DNA from: Candidatus Dojkabacteria bacterium
GTDB lineage: Bacteria; Patescibacteriota; Dojkabacteria; JAHIVN01
Length of the DNA: 32,000 nucleotides
Assembly: GCA_016932045.1 (NCBI GenBank)
Contig: JAFGDO010000023.1
Span: 1 to 32,000, forward strand
Direction of reading: 5' to 3'
Under the pieces are notes generated by a model. That model did not search any database and had not been told where the DNA came from. It saw only the letters and a program-made list of their open reading frames with translations. Shown here piece by piece: positions 26,148-32,000 of the stretch. The position numbers and the translations under genes are program-made. Positions within the stretch are counted from its first letter, which is position 1. Every line of letters starts with the position of its first letter.

Positions 26148-26582
26148 ATGAAATACTGTATTTATTGTAGAACAGCTACAAATCTTCAAGGAGCTGGTTT
26201 ATCTGTATCAACTCAGCTTGAAGGGCTTATAAAATTAGCTAAAAGGAGGAGACTCTGTATTGAAAAAGTATTTGTCGACTTTGGTTCAGCCAAAAATATA
26301 TCAAGACAGGGATTCAACTCAATGATTGATGAGATTAGCTCAGGTAAAATTCAAGGGATTCTTACTTTGAGATTTGATAGGTTAAGTAGGGATTTGGAAA
26401 CTACAAGCAAGTTGGTTCAATTGAAAAGTGAAGGTAAATTAAAAAGTATAGTAATGGAGGATGACGAAATAAGTTTGAGTCCATACGAATCCCTTACGAT
26501 AAATGTTATTGATACCTTGCAACAATTTGAGAAAGATATGAGAAGCTTTTCCATTAAGAAAGGAGCAAAAGGGAGGAAATAA
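26148..26582 (+). CDS. Resolvase catalytic-domain-only protein (144 aa) with the nucleophile Ser replaced by Ala
   Basis: YCRTATNLQ aligns with YIRVSSDQQ of the neighbouring recombinase. Other resolvase motifs are retained (VDFGSAKNISRQGF, RFDRLSRD, IDTLQQFEKDMRSFSIKKG). There is no DNA-binding domain. Start is the ATG at 26148. Confidence 0.7.
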   Translation: MKYCIYCRTATNLQGAGLSVSTQLEGLIKLAKRRRLCIEKVFVDFGSAKNISRQGFNSMIDEISSGKIQGILTLRFDRLSRDLETTSKLVQLKSEGKLKSIVMEDDEISLSPYESLTINVIDTLQQFEKDMRSFSIKKGAKGRK

Positions 26583-26792
26583 ATGGATGTAAAGGAAGCT
26601 CGGCACATATTAAATCTTGGAGAAGAATATTCAGATGAGTTTGTTCAACAAATAATTGATCAAACTGCAAAAATTGCACAGATTTTTATCGAACAATTTA
26701 GAGAGAACAAACTTTGTCAAAAAAATAAAAATAGCTATAATAAGAATGGAGACAACAATCAGAAAGGTGACTGTGTTCATCTTGAGAACTAA
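26583..26792 (+). CDS. Small ORF (69 aa) immediately upstream of the integrase; possible excision or directionality factor
   Basis: The start abuts the stop of the resolvase-like gene. The VKEARHIL N-terminus recalls MerR/Xis-type HTH starts. It has a paralogue at 21263-21424. Confidence 0.45.
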   Translation: MDVKEARHILNLGEEYSDEFVQQIIDQTAKIAQIFIEQFRENKLCQKNKNSYNKNGDNNQKGDCVHLEN

Positions 26793-26795
26793 AAG

Positions 26796-26850
26796 ATGGG
26801 CACTTGGTCAACAGCCTTTCTGGTTGTCTCCACCAAGTGTCCATTTTTTA
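26796..26850 (+). terminator. Intrinsic-terminator-like hairpin with T-run, ending 3 nt before the integrase ATG
   Basis: ATGGGCACTTGGT (26796-26808) pairs with ACCAAGTGTCCAT (26832-26844), giving 13 bp with one G-U. It is followed by TTTTTT (26844-26849). Confidence 0.5.
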
Positions 26851-26852
26851 TT

Positions 26853-28451
26853 ATGAAAAAGAAACATTACAAGTCCACAGATAGAAATAAAAGTATTCCT
26901 AGGTATCCTAGCAAAACGGCTGTGCTTTATATTCGTGTTAGCAGTGATCAGCAAGTCGGTAACTTTTCAATACGAACTCAATTAAAAACATGTAGGAATT
27001 ATGCAAGGAGGGAAAAACTAAAAATTGTTGGTGAGTTTGTAGAAGAAGGAGAGTCAGCTAAAGATGCAGAAAGAACGGAACTTAGTAATCTTCTGAACTT
27101 TATTACTAGAAATAAAGGGAATGTCGATTATGTCATCGTTTATAAATTTGATCGCTGGACAAGGACACAGGCAAGTTTTTATAGTCTGAAAGCGGTTCTT
27201 ATTAAAAATTATACAAATCTCATCTCAGCAACCGAAAATACGGATGATAGTCCTACAGGAAGATTTTTAGAAGGTATATTTTCTCTTGTAGCTCAACTTG
27301 ATAATGAAATTAAAGCTCAACGAACAAGAGATTGCATGATGACCAAAGCTTTAGATGGGTGGTATCCTCATCAGCCTCCTTATGGTTACAAAAATAACAA
27401 GGATACAAAAAGAGTCGAAAAAGACCCTATATACTTCGATAATATAAAAACAATAGCATATAAATTCATAGAAGGAGAAAAGTGTTATAAGCTAGCAAAA
27501 TACTTGAATGATCAAGGATTAAGGACACGGGGAGGAGACAAACGAAAACCAAGAATATTTACTGCAAAAGACGTAAGCGGTATTATAATGCGATATAGCA
27601 AATTCTGGGCTGGGAAGTACGATTGGGGTAAAGAAAGAAATATAAAAGGGAAACATCCGACTATGATCTCTTGGGAAGATCATCTTCTTATTCAAGAAAG
27701 ATTTAATAAGAAAGAAGTTTCTACTGGAAAACCGAAACAAAACTTTATTCTAAATTTTTCTATTAGATACAAAGTTGGCTTTTTATGTTGTGCTGAGTGT
27801 GGTGAAAGAATGAAATCATGCAGATCAGAAGGCAACGGAGGATTTTACCATTTATATTACTGCAACAATCCTAAATGTTCTGCAAAGAAAAAATCTATTC
27901 AGAGGCATGAATTAGAGGGTCTTCTCGAGAATCTGTTGGAAAAAATAACACCAACGCAAAGATATATAGATATGTTTAAAAAAATAACAGTAGAAGGATG
28001 GAATAATCAACAACAGGAGATAGAGGAAAAACAGAAAAGAGCTAAAAAATATAAGGAAAGTCTTTTGATTGAAAAAAGAGAAACAATAGCTATGAGACGT
28101 AGGGAAGAACTAGAATTAGAGGATTTCAAAATAGAAATGGAAAGAATAAAGAATGAACTTATTGTTACCAAAAAGGTTATTGAAGAAAATCAAATTGATA
28201 TAAATGAGCTTGAAGCATTACTCGAACAAGCCGAGTTGTTCCTTTCAAATATCAAACCCCTCTATTTAGGCTTCAATACAAAGCATAAACGTGAGTTTAT
28301 TACGATAATATTCCCAGAAGGGATTAAATATGCTGACGGAGTTTTACGAACCAATAAAAAGTCTTACCTGTTCGAGTATTTAGAGACAATACAGAAAGGT
28401 GAATTTGAATACGTGACCCCACTGGGAATCGAACCCAGATTACAAGATTGA
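26853..28451 (+). CDS. Large serine recombinase (integrase)
   Basis: Resolvase domain (AVLYIRVSSDQQ, KFDRWTR), recombinase domain (DGWYPHQPPYGYK), zinc ribbon (CCAECGERMKSC...YYCNNPKC) and a C-terminal coiled coil. The ATG at 26853 is preferred. The last 38 nt (28414-28451) lie antisense to tRNA-Glu. Confidence 0.9.
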   Translation: MKKKHYKSTDRNKSIPRYPSKTAVLYIRVSSDQQVGNFSIRTQLKTCRNYARREKLKIVGEFVEEGESAKDAERTELSNLLNFITRNKGNVDYVIVYKFDRWTRTQASFYSLKAVLIKNYTNLISATENTDDSPTGRFLEGIFSLVAQLDNEIKAQRTRDCMMTKALDGWYPHQPPYGYKNNKDTKRVEKDPIYFDNIKTIAYKFIEGEKCYKLAKYLNDQGLRTRGGDKRKPRIFTAKDVSGIIMRYSKFWAGKYDWGKERNIKGKHPTMISWEDHLLIQERFNKKEVSTGKPKQNFILNFSIRYKVGFLCCAECGERMKSCRSEGNGGFYHLYYCNNPKCSAKKKSIQRHELEGLLENLLEKITPTQRYIDMFKKITVEGWNNQQQEIEEKQKRAKKYKESLLIEKRETIAMRRREELELEDFKIEMERIKNELIVTKKVIEENQIDINELEALLEQAELFLSNIKPLYLGFNTKHKREFITIIFPEGIKYADGVLRTNKKSYLFEYLETIQKGEFEYVTPLGIEPRLQD

Positions 28452-28485
28452 GAATCTTGTGTCCTAACCGTTAGACGATGGGGCC
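28414..28485 (-). tRNA. tRNA-Glu (anticodon CUC)
   Basis: The reverse complement is GGCCCCA TC GTCT AACGGTTA GGAC A CAAGA TTCTCAA TCTTG TAAT CTGGG TTCGATT CCCAG TGGGGTC A. This gives a full 72-nt cloverleaf with a Glu-type D-arm and no encoded CCA. Confidence 0.9.
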
Positions 28486-28674
28486 GTTCGACAGGCTCAC
28501 GGCAAGCCCATATATTATATATCTTTGTATTCAATTTCGACCTCTACTCGTCAATCCTGAGTTTGTCGAAGGAGAAGTTTTATACGGTATATTTTGTAAA
28601 GAACTCATTTCTTACAACTGTTATCCTGTCCTACTACATTCCTTTCTTAAATTATGCTGTGAAGATGCTGTGTT

Positions 28675-29037
28675 CTACTTTTCAATAACTTTACCTTTCC
28701 CATTCTTCCCAACTCTCATAACCACAGGCTTTCTTCCTTTTCGAAATCTCTTTTCTTCTATAGCTTCTTGGAAATCTTTTCTTAACTTTTCGATCTCTTT
28801 TTTCGTAAACTTCCTTTCCAGTTTTAAAGCCCTTTCAATCAAATGCTTTCTGACTGCTTTATTAAACACTTTAATATCCATACAGATATTTGCCCCTCTT
28901 CCTCGCTCTTTGCCTTTTGGATCTACTTTTATAACGTCATCAACTCTTACAATTCTCATAAGCTCCATTTTTGGCTTCTTAACTTTTGTTACTATGCATG
29001 TCCTTATTGGGACGTGCTTTTGTTTATTTTTAGCCAT
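28675..29037 (-). CDS. ylxR: YlxR (DUF448) family RNA-binding protein with a Lys-rich C-terminal extension
   Basis: HVPIRTCIVTKVKKPKMELMRIV...GKERGRGANIC matches the YlxR pattern (RTC...eLiR...GRGaY-C). It sits directly downstream of nusA. Confidence 0.85.
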   Translation of the reverse strand: MAKNKQKHVPIRTCIVTKVKKPKMELMRIVRVDDVIKVDPKGKERGRGANICMDIKVFNKAVRKHLIERALKLERKFTKKEIEKLRKDFQEAIEEKRFRKGRKPVVMRVGKNGKGKVIEK

Positions 29038-29061
29038 GCGCCGTTATGATGAATTTATTGT

Positions 29062-30408
29062 TTATTTTGTTTCTTCTTTTGCCTTTTTTGCAGGAGCCTT
29101 TTTAGCTGCCTTCTTAGTTTTCTTATTTTCTTTCACTTCCTTTACGGTCTTTTTATCCTGAGTTTGCCGAAGGATCTTTTCTTTTTTACTTGCCGAGGCT
29201 TTTTTCTTAGCTGCCTTCTTCTTCGCTGTTGTGCCCTGAGCCTGTCGAAGGGCTTTCTTTTCCTTAGCTTTTGTCTTCTTTTCAGTTTTTTTAACCTTTT
29301 TTGCTTTTTTCATAGTCTTTTTACCCTCTTTATCCTGAGCTTGTTGAAGGATCTCCTGTTTTTCTTTCTTTGCTTCTTCTTTACCCCGTATATCTATCTT
29401 CCACTCGGTTAGTTTTGCAGCAAGCCTTACGTTTTGTCCATCTTTTCCTATCGCAAGAGAAAGTTGGTCATCGGGTACGGTTACCTTTGCGATATTCTCG
29501 TCTTTGTCGATGGAGATCTTTTCTGCTTGAGCTGGGCTTAGAGAATTCGCGATAAAAGTACCGGTATCCTCATCCCATAGAATTATATCGATTTTTTCTC
29601 CCTTAAGTTCATCGGTTATGTTGTCAATTCTTATACCCTTTTGACCTACGCAGGCACCAATAGGATCTACTCCTTCTTGATTTGAAACTACAGCAACTTT
29701 GCTTCTTGAACCTGCCTCACGGGCAATTGCTTTGATTTCTACACTTCCTGATCTAATCTCCGGTACCTCAAGTGCGAAAAGTTCTTCTAGAAACTTCGGA
29801 TCGGCCCTTGAAACAATAAGCTGTTTGCCTTTTACGGTTCTGTGAATCTTTTTAAGAAGGAATTTTAATCTGGCACCACTTTTGTAGAACTCTCCAGGTA
29901 ATCTTTCCTCGGCTGGCATGATTGCCTGAGCCTTATATATCTCGACAATAACATTATCGCCGTCCATTCTCTGTATGATACCGCTTTCGACTGTACCAAC
30001 TTTGTCCTTGAATTCCTTCATTACTGCTTCTTTCTCAACTTCACGTATTTTCTGTAGTATTACTTGCTTTGCAGCCTGTACTGCTATTCTGCCAAAGTCT
30101 CCCTCGGGTGTGACGTCTACTTGTACATGATCACCAACCTTCAGTTTCGGCTCTATCATTCGAGCTTCTTTAAGGGAGATTTGTGTTGCTTGATTAGTCA
30201 CTTTTTTAACTATCTTTTTATCAGCATACACTAGGACTTTTCCTTTGTCCTCGTCGATATCTATGATTAAAGATTCCCCAGTATCATAGTTGTTTTTGTA
30301 ACCTGTACGGATAGCTTCTTTGACTGCTTCCATAACATCATCTGGTTCTATACCACGTTCAGCAGCTATCTGGTTTACTGCTGCAAGAAAATCACTTAAT
30401 ACTGCCAT
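29062..30408 (-). CDS. nusA: Transcription termination/antitermination factor NusA with a Lys-rich repeat tail
   Basis: N-terminal domain (LAAVNQIAAERGIEPDDV), S1 domain, and KH domains (IGACVGQKGIRI, SLAIGKDGQNVRLAAKLT). An Ala/Lys-rich tail of about 110 aa then carries three (I/A)L(Q/R)Q(A/T)Q(D/G) repeats. Confidence 0.9.
   Translation of the reverse strand: MAVLSDFLAAVNQIAAERGIEPDDVMEAVKEAIRTGYKNNYDTGESLIIDIDEDKGKVLVYADKKIVKKVTNQATQISLKEARMIEPKLKVGDHVQVDVTPEGDFGRIAVQAAKQVILQKIREVEKEAVMKEFKDKVGTVESGIIQRMDGDNVIVEIYKAQAIMPAEERLPGEFYKSGARLKFLLKKIHRTVKGKQLIVSRADPKFLEELFALEVPEIRSGSVEIKAIAREAGSRSKVAVVSNQEGVDPIGACVGQKGIRIDNITDELKGEKIDIILWDEDTGTFIANSLSPAQAEKISIDKDENIAKVTVPDDQLSLAIGKDGQNVRLAAKLTEWKIDIRGKEEAKKEKQEILQQAQDKEGKKTMKKAKKVKKTEKKTKAKEKKALRQAQGTTAKKKAAKKKASASKKEKILRQTQDKKTVKEVKENKKTKKAAKKAPAKKAKEETK
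29157..29350. repeat. Three copies of the 17-nt motif CCTGAGYYTGYYGAAGG inside the nusA tail coding region
   Basis: CCTGAGTTTGCCGAAGG (29157-29173), CCTGAGCCTGTCGAAGG (29235-29251) and CCTGAGCTTGTTGAAGG (29334-29350). The same motif occurs intergenically at 28556-28572 and 147-160, and in reverse at 14836-14850 and 28487-28502. Confidence 0.75.
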
Positions 30409-30518
30409 GTTTTTTAATTAAAAATTAATAATTAAGAATTAACAACTAAAAATTCAAGTATAAGGTAGAAGGTCAAAGGTATCGGTATAACCTTCCGGCC
30501 ATCCAACCCGTTCCTATC

Positions 30519-30545
30519 AACAAAAAGTGGGCCTTAAGCCCACCG
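30519..30545 (-). terminator. GC-rich hairpin plus U-tract on the minus strand within the nusA upstream region (possible leader attenuator)
   Basis: The minus strand reads GTGGGC-TTAAG-GCCCAC followed by TTTTTGTTG (stem 30527-30543, T-run 30522-30526). It lies about 115 nt upstream of the nusA start. Confidence 0.45.
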
Positions 30546-30635
30546 TCATCTCCACATTTACGTTACGTTAAATAAGTATAGCAAATTATAGTGCAATTAA
30601 CAATATTTGAAGTAGTTTTTAATTAGTAAGTGTGG

Positions 30636-30664
30636 TTTCATTTTGTCGTGTGGGGAGTTATAAT
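30636..30664 (+). promoter_or_regulatory. Promoter candidate for the FemAB-family gene
   Basis: TTTCAT (30636-30641), a 17-nt spacer, then a perfect TATAAT (30659-30664), about 97 nt upstream of the ATG at 30762. Confidence 0.3.
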
Positions 30665-30761
30665 AATGTAATTCAATTGTTGGGTGGCCTGATGGCCTGA
30701 TAGTTGGTTAGGTAATACTTAGTAACATGGCTTTCTATATTACTATACAGTAAGATCCACT

Positions 30762-31844
30762 ATGGAGTTTATTGAAGTAGAAAACAAGCATAAAGAAAAA
30801 TATGAGGCGTTTGTGAATAATCAATTCGAGTCTACCTGTATGCAGATGTGGCAGTGGGCAGAATTTCGGAATCAACTCTCACCAAATCTATACAATCGTT
30901 TAGGAATTATTGATAAGGAAGGTAACTTTCATCTTACGGCTAGTTATGCCATTAATCGATTTAAATATATAGGTAACATTCTTTATATTCCCCAGGGACC
31001 AATTTGGAGAAGCGCAGAGGCTTTAAAGCTTTTTGAAGAGAAAATTGTAGATTTCGCGAGGAGAAAGAATTGCATAGCAGTAATTTGTGATCCAAGAGTC
31101 AAGAAGGATGATGGTAAATTTAAAGACCTTGAGAAAGTTAATTTTTTATTTACAGATGAAGCGGTTCAACCTCGTGTGACCATATTTTTGGATCTTTCCA
31201 AAAGTGAGGACGAAATTCTTCAATCTTTTTCAAAAAACACAAGGTACAATATCAGATATGCTTTACGGAAAGGCATAAAGATTAAGAAATTTAGTGAACC
31301 AAAGGATGCTAGCAGAATTGTAGGTTTTTACGAATTGCTTTTGTCAACGCAAAAAAGGAAATATTTTTATGTTCAGCCCATTGAGTATTTTGAAAGTTTA
31401 TGGGATACATTTAGCAGGGAAGGAAGAATTACTCTTTTTGAAGCCTTCTATAAAGATTCCCATTTAGGTTCAATTCTTCTTATCAATACAGATAAATTTG
31501 CGATATCTCTATTTTCAGCATCAAGTCCGCAATACTCAAATCTCAAACCGCTATATCTTATGCGGTGGGAGAGTATAAAGGAAGCAAAGTTACGTGGATG
31601 CAAATTCTATGATTTTTTTGGTGCAACTGATTCTCAGGATGAAAGCCACCCCTTCTTCTATACAACTCAACATAAGCTGGGTTTCTCAAAGGACTTCCAG
31701 AAATTTGCAGGAACTTTTGAAATTGTTTTAAATCCATTAAAATATAAGATGTGGAGGTTTATGGAGGATATGGGTATATTTAAATTCTATGAAAAGACAT
31801 TTATCAGACAATTCCGAGAAAGGAATGTTAATAAAAAAAACTAG
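30762..31844 (+). CDS. FemAB-family peptidoglycan interpeptide-bridge aminoacyltransferase
   Basis: SFSKNTRYNIRYALRKGIKIKK and the overall 360-aa two-lobed layout match the FemAB/FemX/MurM family pattern. Confidence 0.75.
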   Translation: MEFIEVENKHKEKYEAFVNNQFESTCMQMWQWAEFRNQLSPNLYNRLGIIDKEGNFHLTASYAINRFKYIGNILYIPQGPIWRSAEALKLFEEKIVDFARRKNCIAVICDPRVKKDDGKFKDLEKVNFLFTDEAVQPRVTIFLDLSKSEDEILQSFSKNTRYNIRYALRKGIKIKKFSEPKDASRIVGFYELLLSTQKRKYFYVQPIEYFESLWDTFSREGRITLFEAFYKDSHLGSILLINTDKFAISLFSASSPQYSNLKPLYLMRWESIKEAKLRGCKFYDFFGATDSQDESHPFFYTTQHKLGFSKDFQKFAGTFEIVLNPLKYKMWRFMEDMGIFKFYEKTFIRQFRERNVNKKN

Positions 31845-32000
31845 TGACAATTTAGAAAATAAGGGGCAAGCGGATAAAGATCAGCTTGGATTGGGTATCT
31901 CAAGATCCAAGTTTGCTTTATTCCCAAGGTTTAAGCTTCTGACGAGGCAGATAGAAAAGAACTTTATAGTGCTGCCTTTTTGGAGGAACGGATACATTTG
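31825..32000 (+). CDS. 5' part of an ORF running off the window; function unknown
   Basis: An ATG at 31825 overlaps the FemAB gene end by 20 nt in another frame. The frame stays open to 32000 (MLIKKTSDNLENKGQADKDQLGLGISRSKFALFPRFKLLTRQIEKNFIVLPFWRNGYI). Confidence 0.3.
   Translation, partial: MLIKKTSDNLENKGQADKDQLGLGISRSKFALFPRFKLLTRQIEKNFIVLPFWRNGYI

Larger units (their letters stand above)
14943..28485. mobile_element. Integrated genomic island of about 13.5 kb at tRNA-Glu (serine-recombinase type), carrying an R-M/Vsr module and a four-gene operon of unknown function
   Basis: An intact tRNA-Glu with an adjacent large serine recombinase marks the right end, and a degenerate tRNA copy marks the left end. 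GC drops in hand-counted lines: 23% (15481-15540), 35% (19501-19560) and 25% (23161-23220), against 43-47% in the flanks. Gene content is typical of mobile elements (recombinases, Rep-like wHTH, R-M). Confidence 0.7.

Noticed and set aside
28478-29412. ORF-track entries 28478-29161 (+, 227 aa) and 29164-29412 (+, 82 aa), with Phe/Leu/Ser-rich products
   Set aside because: They lie antisense to ylxR and the nusA tail, both of which have clear family signatures. The open frames are a by-product of the AAG/GAA-rich (Lys/Glu) coding strand and of the tRNA/repeat region.
30470-30520. CCGGAAGG (minus strand GGCCGGAAGGTT), reminiscent of the SRP (4.5S) RNA helix-8 GGAA tetraloop region
   Set aside because: The near-universal flanking SRP motifs (AGCA on the 3' side, GUCAGG-type 5' side) are absent, and no long closing helix is evident. 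It is treated only as part of the nusA leader.
30679-30705. Tandem duplication GGCCTGAT-GGCCTGAT upstream of the FemAB-family gene
   Set aside because: It is only two 8-nt copies with no further context. It is most likely a trivial slippage duplication in a 5' UTR.
1-32000. CRISPR arrays, rRNA genes and an alternative genetic code (UGA recoding, as in some CPR lineages)
   Set aside because: No regularly spaced direct repeats of CRISPR type and no rRNA-like sequence were seen. Long homology-supported ORFs close with TGA as well as TAA/TAG under the standard code (for example the integrase), so recoding is not needed.

Overview
This is an AT-rich bacterial window using the standard genetic code, with almost no Shine-Dalgarno signals upstream of its genes. 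Several housekeeping proteins are domain-minimised or carry Lys-rich tails, which suggests a small-genome lineage such as Patescibacteria/CPR (inference only).

**Left flank (1-14.6 kb), core genes:** a partial tRNA-Trp, aspartate racemase, a TrpRS with an unusual N-terminal YbaK-like domain, a YibE/F-like membrane protein, a trigger factor lacking its PPIase domain, and recF. These are followed by a run of secreted or membrane-anchored hypothetical proteins.

**Right flank (28.4-32 kb):** tRNA-Glu(CUC), ylxR, nusA with a Lys-rich repeat tail, a FemAB-family transferase, and the start of one more ORF.

**Centre (about 14.94-28.45 kb):** a roughly 13.5 kb, visibly more AT-rich integrated island.
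- Hand counts of single 60-nt lines give 23-35% GC inside the island and 43-47% outside.
- The right end abuts tRNA-Glu. The left end carries a degenerate copy of that tRNA.
- The mobility and regulatory module comprises a large serine recombinase whose last 38 nt are antisense to the tRNA, a catalytic-domain-only resolvase paralogue with its nucleophile Ser replaced by Ala, a wHTH Rep-like protein, and a SpoVG-like protein.
- The island also carries an HTH-fused C5 methyltransferase, a restriction endonuclease and Vsr as one operon.
- Its remaining cargo is a tightly packed four-gene operon (15062-21097, minus strand): a 4-TM 825-aa protein, a 323-aa protein, a double zinc-ribbon protein and a SEC-C-motif protein. 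I recognise no family for any of the four. This operon is my best candidate for an undescribed system, probably defence.

A short GC-rich motif (CCTGAGYTTGYCGAAGG) recurs in intergenic DNA on both strands and three times inside the nusA tail. No CRISPR array or rRNA is present.
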